Shown piece after piece: positions 43,015-54,373 of a stretch of 64,000 bases of DNA. This DNA is from Abditibacteriaceae bacterium (GTDB taxonomy: Bacteria > Armatimonadota > Abditibacteriia > Abditibacteriales > Abditibacteriaceae): positions 2,848,001-2,912,000 of the forward strand of contig OZ255721.1 in the NCBI GenBank assembly GCA_965277285.1, read 5' to 3'. The notes below the pieces were generated by a model. It did not search any database, was not told the DNA's origin, and worked only from the letters and a program-made list of their open reading frames with translations. Each line of letters starts with the position of its first letter. The stretch's first letter is position 1. Made by a program: the position numbers and the translations under genes.

Positions 43015-46000
43015 TTAAAGCAAACGCTTCATAATCGACTGCTTGCGTTCTGGCGCGTCGTCAACGATGTTTTGCGCGGCGCAAATCTGCGCTTCCAAAA
43101 TCGTGACTTCGCGCACCAGCTTTTTCTGTTCGTCAAGACAAGGAACGGGGATTTTGATATTTCTCATCTTGGTCGCATTGATATTGGCTTGATTGATGGA
43201 TTTCGCCGCGCCTGATTTCGCTTCGTGCTGGAAGTTGGCCGAGTTCATCATCAAATTGACGAAAAATGGGTCGGCCAAAGTTTGATGAACCACAACGCGA
43301 ATTAAGTACGACGCGAAACAATAATCGCCTTCGAGTAGAAAATGCCGGTTTTGCCGACGTGTTCGATGCTGTTGGTGCGGTTGAACAAAATATCGCCGTG
43401 CTTGAGTTTGTACTTCTCAAACTCGTCGGCGGAAATATCAGCGTATTTCATTTTGCCGTTGTCGTTCATTTTTCCGCTGATGATTTCGTTCATGCGGAAG
43501 ATTTTGTAGCCAACGCCGCTTTCGTTCATCGCTTCGTTAATGCCGTATTGAACTCCCAAACTAATGGCGCCGATTTCCTTAAAGTCAAATCCCGATTGAT
43601 AAACGTCAGCGACTTTATCGGAGATTTGCTTTTCCGCTTCAGCAATCGTCACTTTAGCTTTTTTCACTTCGCCGTCCACCGCTTCGCATTCCGCGACGAT
43701 TTGCGTCTGAACATCTTTCGGCGGCAACGGAATTTTCAAACCTCGCAAATCATCAGGATAAACGTGAGGTTGTGCCGCTCCTCGCGCCAAATTGAATATG
43801 TCGTTTTGGACTGATTGTAAGATGTGAAAAATGAAAAGAGTAGATTCAACCGTCTTGCCTATAATCGTTGAGCAATCAGAAGCAAAAATAGGTTCACGCC
43901 AAAGGTTGACGTAACCAGCACTCGCTCCCTATGCACTAACGGTTATTACATTCGCCGGTCTGTTCGATTCGTTGTGGCGATAAGTAAAAGACTTGCCACC
44001 CGCAACAACAGGAACGTTGCCTGCTTTAGCATCCTATTCAGTTATCACGTTGCCTTTTTGAATTTCGGCAATCTCACCCAATCTGTCCAAATTCCACTGT
44101 GTTTCAATCGTAACGTTGCGTTTTGGCGACAGAGAAAAGGCTTTGTTAAAATCGGTGCGCGAAAAGTCGAGCATATCGATCAGTCGTGCGGTGGAAAGCG
44201 TACCGGCTAACGATTCGGGAATGGCGACCTCTTCGCCGTTGAAGTTGCGCCGAATGCAAGCGTTAATTTTTTCAAGGTTGTCGGCGTCGTTCGGGTCATA
44301 GAGCGCCGTTTTGATGCGCGACAAGTTGTTCAGATTTTCCATGATGCGCTCGGTTTCCGCATCGCTTTCCTCGTCTTCGGCTTCGCCCGCATTGGCCGCC
44401 GCTTTCGAGTACTCGGCCAAATACTTGATGCCTTCCTTGCCTTTGGAACTGCTCCATTCGTAGCCCAGAAACGCCTTGCGCTCTTTATCAGTCGCGGGGC
44501 TTTGCACCACGACGACTTTTTGCTGATTTTCGCTGGCCAGCGTGAAATAGAACAATTTGTCTTTTTCGATTTCTTGGATGTATTCCAGAAATCGCCCATC
44601 GAGTTCGGCTTTCTTGTCATCGTCGCTTTTGTCCTTGAAAACCTTTTGCTTGACGTAGTTTTTCGTGATCGTCAGGTTGTCGAATTCGCGCCGATAATCG
44701 CGCAACATTTCCGTTTCGAGCAAGGCGTCGTTTGGTTCGCCTGCAAGCAGCGTTTTGTAATCGTCGAAAGCGATTTCGATGTGATGGCAGTAGCTGCGAA
44801 TGAAATGTTCGTCCTGAAAAACTGCGCCGCCGCTATCACCGCTGAACCAATCGTCCACGCGATTGCGGTAATGCTCGGCGGGCGCGGGATTGTTGTCTTT
44901 GCGGCGCAGAAACAAAACGACCGTATTAGTTCCGGTCTTGCCGAAGGTGCCGCTGCCCAATTCCACAATTGCCACGATGTCAAAACTTTTCAGCAAAATC
45001 TCGCGCGTGGCGACATAATTGTTGGCTTTATTCAGAGGATATTTCTGGTTGCCTTTATTGAGAATCGAGGACGGCGCTATAATTCCCGCCACGCCGCCCG
45101 ACTTGAGCAACTGCTCGGCGCGCTCGATGAAAAAAGTTTCGATGGCGTTGTTACTGGAAAAACTCTTTTCATCAATCGCTTTCAACATCGAGTACTCGTT
45201 GCGCTCGCTTTCGCTCAACGTTTCCAAAAAGCCTTTCACGCTGTAAGGCGGATTGGCGACCAAGATGTCAAACGAATCGTTTTTGATTTCCGCTGCGGCT
45301 TTGTGCTTGTTGGTGTCGAGTTTGGCCAGAGCGTCGCCATAAATGATGTGAATCTGGTCTTGGCCATACATGAACGCCGAAACCTTAGCGACTTTCGACA
45401 GGCGATACTCTTTCTCAATGCCGTAAATCTGGTTATAGAAATCTTTGACATCGCCTTTATTGTGCCTGGCAACCAAAGGCTTGGTTTGCAGCGCCAGTTC
45501 ATTGAGAAAATGCCCCGCGCCGCAAGCGTAATCAATAGCGCGCGGTGGCTTTTCGCTGTTTGCGATCAAAGTTTCCAGCGGCAGCGACATCACGATAAAT
45601 TTGGTGATCGGCGACGGCGTGAAAAATTGCCCTTCCGATTGCTTGACGCCCTGATCCAGAAAACCCTCGAACATATCGCCCAAGAATTGGTTTTGCTGTT
45701 CGCTTTGCAAACGCAGGTCTTGCAGCATTTTCACAATCTTCAAGAGCACTTCAAAGTTTTGATGAAAGAGGTTCTCGTTGTGTACGTCCAAAAACGCGAA
45801 ATCGTTGTTGGTAAAAAACTTCAGTTCGCGGAAGTAGCCTAAGATTTTCGTGCGCGTGGCGTCCGGTTTTTCTTTGACAAAACGAAAGGCATTGCGGATT
45901 GTCCCCTCGTCAATGTAGGTAACATCTTCGCCCAGGAACTCGTTCATGCCGTCTTTGTAGAGCTTTTGCAAACGATCCTGTAAATCGAAAGGCGAATCGT

Positions 46001-46901
46001 AGGCAATACCTTTCCAATTGAATTTTAAGTCGCTCGCGTTGCGCGATTCATCGACGATTTTGCACAAAAACAGATTGACCAATTTATCGAACGCATTCTC
46101 GCGTCCTGAAACGTTGTGCTGCCGCAAAATGGTGGCGAACTCATGGTATTTGCTTTGTATTTCCTGGTCGCTGGCGACATTATCCAAATCGTCAATTGTA
46201 TATTTGAGTTTGCCGATGCGATACGGCTGAATGTCTTTCTCGAAAATCCCTTTGGTCGCATAATCGAGCGCGTAGGTTTCCTTCCAAACTTTATATAAAT
46301 CTTCGACTTCCGTCGCGTCTTTGTAAGTCAGCGGTTTCAAATCCTTCTTTTCTTCAATCAGCTTTTCATTGTCGATCAAAGTCAGGATGTAATTATCGTA
46401 AGTCGGCTTGCCGCTTATGAAATCCGACGCATATAAACACAGATATTGCGTGCTGCGAGCCTGCACCGCATAAGTCAACAATTGGCTAACACCGTTTTGC
46501 GCTTTGCGCCATGCCACATTGAACTCGCGCCCCGCCGTTTTACATTCGATAATCAGCAACGCCTTTCCGCTGTTGTCTTTAACCAAAATATCGGCGCGTC
46601 CACCGCTCGCCCCATGCCCAACTTGCCATTTGGGTTCGAGTTCGATGTGTTCGGGCTTGTAACCCTTTTCAAGCAAACGATGCACGCATTCAAAAACGAC
46701 AAAGTTTTCGTCATCGGAAAAATTGCAGGTGAAATCGCCATTGACAATTAACCCTTTGTCTTGGGGGTAAATCAAAGTGTGCTTGCCGAAATCAACCCGC
46801 AAAACAGCATCCATATCGTCAAATCGCTTGCTGAAGATCTGGCCGTCGGCTTGAAACTTCAAGACTTGCAAAAGGGCTTTAAAATTATCTTTGGAGATCA
46901 T
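43015..46901 (-). pseudogene. Fused restriction-modification enzyme (nuclease + N6-adenine MTase + two HsdS-like TRDs), disrupted in the specificity region
   Basis: RADILV...IIECK nuclease motif, GQFFTP, DYACGAGHF and NPPY. The frame continues through TAG 44034-44036 and TAG 43929-43931 into TRD sequence (ARGAAQPHVYP), with a frameshift near 43337. Confidence 0.85.
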
Positions 46902-47251
46902 AAGGACAAAAGGGTTTAAGAAGGCTTGGAATGAGATGAAAACTTAAGATAAACCTGAAAAGCAGCTCGTCAGAGACGCATTCAAATTCATCGAGTACTC
47001 GATTGCTTATATACGATGCGCCAAGTATACACATCACTATGCGCCCATTTCTCTCCTTCTGTCTATTTCATGCTGCAGGTTGAAGGAAAAGAAAGCAACC
47101 CTTCCCATCCCTATAATTTCCTACTGACACACTCAAATTTCTCTCTATTCATATTCTCAATATATAAATATCAGGTTATAATAGGTTCCAGCTTCCGCCC
47201 GTCGCGTTGTTTGTGGCGGCGTGGAAAACTTTGTTTCTCGAAGGAGACCCG

Positions 47252-47740
47252 ATGGCTGAACCTGTTTTGCCCGCGCCGCTGACAGGCGCGCAACTCAAAG
47301 ACGTGAACGAGGCTTTGGACAAGCTGCAAACCATCTTGTCGCCGCTTTATGTGCAGCTCGATAGCGAAGCGATTCGTCGCTTGGCCAAGATGGGCGATAA
47401 AAGCGTCTCTTTTGTGCAAGACGCGCTGCAAGCCGCGCAAAATAACGCCGCGACTTTGCCCACCACTTTTTCGACCGACGACTTCGCCAAAGCGACCGAA
47501 CTGCAAAGCCAGATGCGCGCGGTCGAACTGCGCCTGGAACAAATCACCAGCGGCGTCACCAACATGGCGATGCTTTCCGGCTCCTCGGCGATGAATCGCG
47601 CCAATCAAGCCTATGGATTCTTCCAAATGGGCGAACGCACCAACCCCGCTTTGTCGCCCATCGTTCAAGCATTGAGCGAGCGTTACAAGCGCGCCAAATC
47701 CGAAAGTGCGCCCGCCAAACTCGCCGCCCACGCTTCTTAA
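47252..47740 (+). CDS. Hypothetical alpha-helical protein
   Basis: SD AAGGAG, a KMGDKSVSFV motif and a strong downstream terminator. Confidence 0.75.
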   Translation: MAEPVLPAPLTGAQLKDVNEALDKLQTILSPLYVQLDSEAIRRLAKMGDKSVSFVQDALQAAQNNAATLPTTFSTDDFAKATELQSQMRAVELRLEQITSGVTNMAMLSGSSAMNRANQAYGFFQMGERTNPALSPIVQALSERYKRAKSESAPAKLAAHAS

Positions 47741-47754
47741 CTCAAGCGCCAATC

Positions 47755-47802
47755 AAAAAGACTCGACTGCAAGTGAAAAATTCTTGCAGTCGAGTCTTTT
47801 TT
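47755..47802 (+). terminator. Intrinsic terminator
   Basis: AAAAAGACTCGACTGCAAG...CTTGCAGTCGAGTCTTTTTT. Confidence 0.85.
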
Positions 47803-47989
47803 GCTGGCGCTTGAGCAAAAAGCATTCGGCGTTAAGTGCATTCCACTTGACGACCAGTAAATTTCACTTACGCGCGAGTGATTTTTATTCGGCGTTGAGT
47901 GTTTTTATTGACGGCTGGGTAATTTCCCCTCAACGTTAAATGAAATTTACTGGATGGCGTGTAGCTCTCTGTTGTAAGTGTTTGAGTTT

Positions 47990-48052
47990 GTCATTCTGAG
48001 CGGAGCGAAGAATCTAACTTCAACAAGATTCTTCGCTCTCGCTCAGAATGAC
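47990..48052. repeat. Family A REP
   Basis: GTCATTCTGAGCGGAGCGAAGAATCT...AGATTCTTCGCTCTCGCTCAGAATGAC. Confidence 0.9.
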
Positions 48053-48088
48053 AAACTTTGAGTCACCTGTTTTGGATAGGCTTTTGCG

Positions 48089-49930
48089 TTATGAAGATTC
48101 AATCGCGTGAGAACCAAACGCAAAGACTTCGGCGTAAATTGGGTTGAAGGAGCGCGACGGCGGCAGAACGCCCAATTGTTGCAGCGTACGAGCATTGGTG
48201 CGATTGCGGTCGCGGGCGCGTTCGTAGAATTCGCGCGGGTCGCTGCCGCCGGGGAACATCGGTTCGAGTTGCGAAATGTGGTCGAGAATCAGTTCGACTT
48301 TGCGCTCCATCAAGGCTTTGTCGAAAACGCTGAAGTAATCGCCTTGCCAGACGGCGAATTCGTCCCACGCGCCGCGATAATTCCAGAGATTGAACTCTTT
48401 CCCGCCGCTTTTCGAGTACTCGATTGTCGCGCGTTCAAAGGTCTGGTTGCACAGCGCATGAGTTCCGTGCGGATCGTTCATTTCGCCGGTTAATAAAACC
48501 AAATCGGGCTGCGTTTGCTGCAAAGTTTGCAGCACAATTTCGACATCGCGTTCGCTGATTTGCTTTGCGCCGTCGCGGTAAAACGGCAAATCGAGAAAAA
48601 GCGGCGTCGCGCCCATTTTGCGACAGGCGTCGGACGCTTCGCTTTCGCGCACCAGGCGTTTCAATTCACGCAAAAGCGGCGCGTCAGCTTCGCCATCTGC
48701 ACGCTCGAAAATGGAATGTCGAACCTGCGACGAAACTTCTTCAAACGATTGATGCGACGCGTTTTTCTCGAGATAAGACACGAAACGCGGATCGCGCGCG
48801 CGCAAGGAACGCAGAACGTCTTTGTCGCGCACCGCATGAAAACCGCTGACGCCATAAGCGACATGAACGCGATTATTGCGTTCGACCAATTTCATCAAGG
48901 TCGCGCCGCAGCAAATTACATCGTCGTCGGGATGCGGCGAAAGACACAAAACGTTGGCGTCGCGCGGCAAATAATTTTCGTCGTCCAAACGCGCTCTCAA
49001 ATCTATTTTGACTTCTTGAATCGCCGCTTCGAGTGATGAAACCTCGCGCGCGAAACCACTGCTTCCAACTTCTTCCAAATCGTGCGCAGTCAACTTCGAT
49101 AAGGGTTTAGCGAGTTCTTGCGAAGCCGCCAAAAGCGCGCGACGACATAAATCGAAGTCGGAAAAATCGGCGTCAGGGGCGCGCCATGGTTTCGAGTACT
49201 CGATAAGTTGCGCAGCCGCGCTTTCATCTAAAAACCAGTGAACGTTTGGGTGTTCGCGCAGAAATGAGGCGGGAACTTTCGAGGTGATTTTGCCTTCAAT
49301 CGCTTCACGCACAATGTCGGCTTTGCGCGCGCCATTCGCCATGAGGACGATTTGGCGCGCTTGCGTAATCGTGCCGATGCCCATCGTAATCGCGCGCACG
49401 GGAACGTTTTCAGTGCCTAAGAAATCCGTCGCGGCGTCGGCGCGCGTCAAATGATCGAGCGTGACCAATCGAGTCCGCGAATCAATCGGCGAACCTGGCT
49501 CGTTGAAACCGATATGTCCGGTGCGCCCGATTCCCAAAAGCTGCAAATCCAAACCGCCCGCGTCCGCAATGGCTTTTTCGTATGCCTCGCAATCGCTTTC
49601 GACCTGTTGAACGTCGCGCCGCCGTCCATCGGGAACGTGCCATTTCGTGCAATTGATGTGGTCGAACAAATGTTCGCGCATGAAACGCCGATAACTTTGC
49701 GGCGCATCCGGCGCAATCGGAAAGTATTCATCGAGATTGAAGGTCACAACTTGCGAGAAATCGAGAGATTCCTCGCGGTGCAGACGAATCAGTTCGTCGT
49801 AAACACCAATTGGCGTCGAGCCGGTTGCCAGCCCCAGAACACAGTTCGGTTTTTCGCGGACAAGTTGCGCAATAAGCAATGCGACTTCGCGGCAGATTGT
49901 GACGTAATCGGAGCGAATTTCAAGAACCAT
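48089..49930 (-). CDS. nagB: Glucosamine-6-phosphate deaminase fused to a PIG-L/LmbE-like deacetylase domain
   Basis: LGLATGSTP, FNLDEY and GHIGFNEPGS, then C-terminal SPHPDDDVI and DPHGTH. Confidence 0.9.
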   Translation of the reverse strand: MVLEIRSDYVTICREVALLIAQLVREKPNCVLGLATGSTPIGVYDELIRLHREESLDFSQVVTFNLDEYFPIAPDAPQSYRRFMREHLFDHINCTKWHVPDGRRRDVQQVESDCEAYEKAIADAGGLDLQLLGIGRTGHIGFNEPGSPIDSRTRLVTLDHLTRADAATDFLGTENVPVRAITMGIGTITQARQIVLMANGARKADIVREAIEGKITSKVPASFLREHPNVHWFLDESAAAQLIEYSKPWRAPDADFSDFDLCRRALLAASQELAKPLSKLTAHDLEEVGSSGFAREVSSLEAAIQEVKIDLRARLDDENYLPRDANVLCLSPHPDDDVICCGATLMKLVERNNRVHVAYGVSGFHAVRDKDVLRSLRARDPRFVSYLEKNASHQSFEEVSSQVRHSIFERADGEADAPLLRELKRLVRESEASDACRKMGATPLFLDLPFYRDGAKQISERDVEIVLQTLQQTQPDLVLLTGEMNDPHGTHALCNQTFERATIEYSKSGGKEFNLWNYRGAWDEFAVWQGDYFSVFDKALMERKVELILDHISQLEPMFPGGSDPREFYERARDRNRTNARTLQQLGVLPPSRSFNPIYAEVFAFGSHAIESS

Positions 49931-50125
49931 AATGAGGAATCGAGTACTCGATGTGCGACCTTGCGTGCGGCGGCTTCGTGCCAGATAAAGCCGCGAAACT
50001 CATCAAACTATAGCAAGAACGTCTCAAAATTCAACAACCTTTTGAACGCGTAACACCGTTGTTACCTTGGCGTGATAAGTTAAATTGCGAAATTCGTTTC
50101 AGCACACGTTTGCGAAGGGGAAGTT

Positions 50126-53100
50126 ATCACAAACACGTTCAACAGCACATTCAACCAATTTGAAAACGGTAGCGCGGCGCACGAAGCGCGCCTCGATCAT
50201 TATTATCAGCAAATTAAGACGGTGATTTTGTCGCGTCAGCATCCCATCACGGGACTTTTGCCGGCCAGCACCGCCATCAACGCGCACGGCGATTACACCG
50301 ATGCGTGGGTGCGCGACAACGTTTACAGCATTCTGGGCGTTTGGGGTTTGGCTCTGGCGTATCGCAAAATCGACACGGACAAAGGGCGCACTTTCGAGTT
50401 GGAAGGCTGCGTTATTCGCCTGATGCGCGGCTTGCTGTTCGCCATGATGCGCCAGGCCGACAAAGTCGAGACGTTCAAAAACACGCAATCACCCGCCGAT
50501 GCTTTGCATGCCAAATACGGCACGCGCACCGGACAAACCGTCGTCGGCGACGATCAGTGGGGACATTTGCAACTCGACGCGACTTCGCTTTTCCTGCTGA
50601 CGTTGGGGCAGATGACGGCTTCGGGATTGAACGTCATTTTCACCATCGACGAAGTAAATTTCGTGCAAAACCTGATGTATTACATCGGGCGCGCTTATCA
50701 AACGCCGGATTATGGCATTTGGGAGCGCGGCAACAAAATCAACAGTGGACACGCCGAACTCAACGCCAGTTCGGTCGGCATGGCCAAAGCCGCACTGGAA
50801 ACTCTCAATGGCCTGGATTTGTTTGGTGTGCGCGGCAGTCAGGCTTCGGTGCTGCACACAATGGATGATGAAATCGCTCGCTCGCGCATCACGCTCGAAT
50901 CGCTTTTGCCGTGGGAATCGAGTTCCAAGGAAGTCGATGCGGCGCTGCTCAGCATCATCGGTTTTCCGGCTTTTGCGGTCGAAGACGCCGAACTGGTCGC
51001 CCGCACGCGCGCTCGCGTCATCGAACAATTGCAGGGCAATTACGGGTGCAAGCGTTTTCTACGCGACGGTCATCAAACCGTGATTGAAGACCACTCGCGC
51101 CTGCATTACGAAGGTTGGGAATTGAAGCAGTTTGAAAATATCGAATCGGAATGGCCGCTGTTCTACACTTATTTGCTGCTCGATTGCTTGTTTCGCCACG
51201 ATGACGCAGGCGTCCGCGAATACCGCGCGCTACTCAATCGAGTACTCGTTGAACAAAACGGCGTCCAATTATTGCCCGAATTGTATTACGTTCCAGCCGA
51301 AAACATCGAAGCCGAACGCAAAAATCCGCACAGCCAGACGCGCTTGCCCAATGCGAACGTGCCTTTGGTATGGGCGCAAAGCCTGCTTTATGTGGGCGAA
51401 ATGATCGAGGAAGGCTTGCTACATCGCGGCGACATTGATCCGCTGGGGCGCCATCATCGTGTCGGAAAAGTGCGCGAGCCGGTCGTACAAATCGCGCTGC
51501 TGGCCGAAGATGAAAGCGTGCAATGGGAACTCGAGTCATTCGGCATTCGGGCGCAAACACCATCGCAAATCGCGCCGATTCAGGTGCGTCACGCGCAGGA
51601 ATTGGCGGCTGCGTATGGGCAAATCGGGCGCAACGACAAAATGGGATTGAGCGGTCGTCCGATTCGGCGCTTGCGCAGTCTGACGACTTCGATTGTATTT
51701 CAAATTCGCGGCGAAACCATGGTTTTTCTGCCGTCATTTCTCGACACGCAACAGTTTTATCTGACGCTGGACGAACGTTTTCGCGTCGCGCAAATCAAAA
51801 GCGAACTGGCGTATATTGAGCGCCACTGGAAAAAGCCGGGACGCCCGACCATGACGCTGCTAATCTCACGCACCGTTTGGGACACGGGCCGCGAAACGTT
51901 ACTCGAATTGATGAACGAACTGCAAAGCGGCGTCTGCGACAATGTTGCGGTGCAATTGGGACGCTTGAGTCAACTGACGAAAACCGCCTGCAAAGAGCGC
52001 ATCGACTATTTGCACGACTTCCAATTTTCCACAGCGCAACTTCCAGGGACAGCGACCAGAACTTTTCACCTGCATTCCGACACGTCGTTAAATGCGCCGC
52101 TTGGCTCGCTGGACGAGTTTTTATTAGAACGCGAAACCGATTCGTGGACGCTGTTTGAGCGTTTGAAAGCATCACGCAATTTATATGAACAAGTCGAGAT
52201 TTTGCAGGACTTGACGCGACTTGGCGGCCTGCAATCGAGTACTCGATGGAACGAAGACGGGCCGGAAATCACAGTTGCGCAATTGCTGGACGAAGTTTAC
52301 GAACGAGCCGCGCGCGGTGATAAGCGAAATCGGCCTTACTGGACAATTGTGCGTCGCGTCTCCGGCTTGCTGGGCAAGCTCGATGTCGGTTTGGCGGATG
52401 CCGTCACCGATATTTTGGTGCGACAAAAGCAGATTACGGTCGGCAAAGCGTATTTTGAAGACGCGCTGATTACACGCCCAATGGCGCCGGGCGAAATCCT
52501 CGACAAGATTCGCGCCTTTGCCAGCGAGGATGTGCGCGAGTTGGTTTTGGCGCAGGAAATCCTGATTTTCCTGGGCTTGCTCATCAAAACCGAGCCGCAG
52601 TTATTTGAAGGCTTGTTGACGTTGCGTGTCAATTACCTGGTCTTGCTGATGACCAGCGAACTGGCCAATGAGCGCCATTTGCGGCAAGACGAAGCGTTCG
52701 AGTTCTTGATGCAAAGCAGTCCGTCGGAAATTCAGCGACGTTTGCGCAACGTGCTGGCGATGCGCGAAAGCAGCAAGGGATTGTTGCAGCAACAGGAAAC
52801 GTTGCACATTGCGAACGGAATAATTTGCGTTTCCGCGCTGGAAAATGCGCCTCGAGTACTCGAACCCGAAGAAGGTTGGATGCGTTTCCGCCAGCGCGAA
52901 GGCGCGCTCAACCGCGTGCCGAATAACTTTTATCGTCGCACCTGGAAACTGTTGCACCATTGTCACGGCTTGGTCATCGGCGACAAATTGGAGCAGCGCA
53001 ATCGCCTGGACAGCGCCGTGATTGTGGGCGAAATGACGGCGGATGAAAAGAATTTCGCCGTCTGGGTCGAACATCTGCTGAGCAAAATCGAGTTCCCCGA

Positions 53101-53365
53101 ATATCGCCAACTGAATACCGAAGCGATTCTCGTTTTGTCCGAAGTCGCTGAGCGCCAGCCCGAACTGCACATCGAAGAATCTATCGTGCTCGACATTTTA
53201 ATTGGGCACGCCGTGCGTTTGGCGTGGCTCGAAACGCACCTCAAACGCGCGGATCATTACGACGAAGACAAGCCCGCCGCCTGGCAAGCGTTCTACGAAA
53301 GTTCGCCGCAACGTTGCGCGCGTTTCCTGGTGCAAGCACTTCAGTTTTTGGCGAAAACGGAGTAA
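50126..53365 (+). CDS. Phosphorylase kinase alpha/beta-like protein (GH15-like domain)
   Basis: RQHPITGLLPAS, AWVRDNVY, HLQLDATS, DYGIWERG, KRFLRDG and ESEWP. The first canonical start is GTG 50222; ATC 50126 is proposed. Confidence 0.85.
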   Translation: MTNTFNSTFNQFENGSAAHEARLDHYYQQIKTVILSRQHPITGLLPASTAINAHGDYTDAWVRDNVYSILGVWGLALAYRKIDTDKGRTFELEGCVIRLMRGLLFAMMRQADKVETFKNTQSPADALHAKYGTRTGQTVVGDDQWGHLQLDATSLFLLTLGQMTASGLNVIFTIDEVNFVQNLMYYIGRAYQTPDYGIWERGNKINSGHAELNASSVGMAKAALETLNGLDLFGVRGSQASVLHTMDDEIARSRITLESLLPWESSSKEVDAALLSIIGFPAFAVEDAELVARTRARVIEQLQGNYGCKRFLRDGHQTVIEDHSRLHYEGWELKQFENIESEWPLFYTYLLLDCLFRHDDAGVREYRALLNRVLVEQNGVQLLPELYYVPAENIEAERKNPHSQTRLPNANVPLVWAQSLLYVGEMIEEGLLHRGDIDPLGRHHRVGKVREPVVQIALLAEDESVQWELESFGIRAQTPSQIAPIQVRHAQELAAAYGQIGRNDKMGLSGRPIRRLRSLTTSIVFQIRGETMVFLPSFLDTQQFYLTLDERFRVAQIKSELAYIERHWKKPGRPTMTLLISRTVWDTGRETLLELMNELQSGVCDNVAVQLGRLSQLTKTACKERIDYLHDFQFSTAQLPGTATRTFHLHSDTSLNAPLGSLDEFLLERETDSWTLFERLKASRNLYEQVEILQDLTRLGGLQSSTRWNEDGPEITVAQLLDEVYERAARGDKRNRPYWTIVRRVSGLLGKLDVGLADAVTDILVRQKQITVGKAYFEDALITRPMAPGEILDKIRAFASEDVRELVLAQEILIFLGLLIKTEPQLFEGLLTLRVNYLVLLMTSELANERHLRQDEAFEFLMQSSPSEIQRRLRNVLAMRESSKGLLQQQETLHIANGIICVSALENAPRVLEPEEGWMRFRQREGALNRVPNNFYRRTWKLLHHCHGLVIGDKLEQRNRLDSAVIVGEMTADEKNFAVWVEHLLSKIEFPEYRQLNTEAILVLSEVAERQPELHIEESIVLDILIGHAVRLAWLETHLKRADHYDEDKPAAWQAFYESSPQRCARFLVQALQFLAKTE

Positions 53366-53516
53366 AACAGGAAGTCGCGCAACTTTTTGCTCTACGAAAT
53401 CTGCTGTCGGCAGAAGCGATCCGGTTAGCGCAGCCGTCATAAATTTTCAAATTCAGCTCTGTTAACAGATATGAGGAGTATCAAAAAAGAAGAGAACCAA
53501 AACTTTGTCATTCTGA

Positions 53517-54373
53517 GAGGGTGTATAGGAATCACGCAAGCCTTCGGAGCATAAGCCGGATCATGGCGAGATAAATCCAGGTTTCACTTGATTTGACATT
53601 TTGCTCATAGTCTTTTGAAAGCCTTCGACATCTTCCCAACCATGCAAAAGTTCTTTCGACAACCCAGCGACGCGGCAACGGCACGTAGCCTTTGTTTTCA
53701 TATTGACGGTTCACCAGGGCATTGCGGCTTATCACTCGGAGCGCAACGCCACAGTTTTCTCGCACCCAAGCCGCGAACTTGTGTCCCCAGTAGCCTGCAT
53801 CCGCCCAAATCAACTGCAAACGTTGTGAAGGAAAGCGCCACAGGGCTTTGTCTTGCAAAAGTAATTTGGCTCCGTCACGCTCTTGAACGTTGGCAGCATG
53901 AACACACACTTGCAACAACAAGCCGTTGGTATCCACCAGAATATGACGCTTGCGCCCTTTTATTTTCTTGGCTGCATCAAAGCCTTTTGGCCCCCTTTTT
54001 CTGTGGTTTTGACGCTCTGGCTGTCCAGAATCGCTGCGCTGGGCGCCTCATCCCGTCCATCGGCCTGGCGCACTTGAGAACGCAACGAACTGTGGATACC
54101 TTCGAGAGTGCCGTTGTCACGCCAGCGCCGGAAGTGATACCAAACCACAGTGTAAGGCGGAAAATCGTGAGGCAAAGCACGCCACGAGCAGCCGTTGGTC
54201 AACTGATACAACAAAGCGTTGACGATCTCGCGTTGGGCGTAAAGCCTGCGCGTACCGCGCGCACGCTGTGGCTCGATCAAAGGGCGCAGCACTTGCCATT
54301 GTGCCTCGCTCAAATCACTGGGATAGCTCTGGCGTTTCATAAATGTAAGTCTAACCCTTTCCTATACACCCTC
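53517..54373 (-). mobile_element. IS5-family insertion sequence, 857 bp, copy 2 (inverted relative to copy 1)
   Basis: Same terminal IRs and the same translated ORFs as copy 1. Its flanks TGA and TTA do not match each other. Confidence 0.95.
53532..54340 (-). CDS. IS5-family transposase (two ORFs, probable -1 frameshift)
   Basis: Protein sequences identical to those of 21700-22508. Confidence 0.9.

Noticed and set aside
43929..44036. Two in-frame TAGs as evidence of amber recoding
   Set aside because: TAG ends intact genes here (amrB, ligA). The two sites appear to correspond to different residues (probably Lys and Ser), and a frameshift lies downstream, so decay is the simpler explanation.
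44034..46901. The local RM enzyme as the cognate methylase of the 12-bp palindrome
   Set aside because: Enzymes with two different TRDs usually recognise asymmetric bipartite sites, and this gene's TRDs are broken. Nothing in the sequence links it to the motif.
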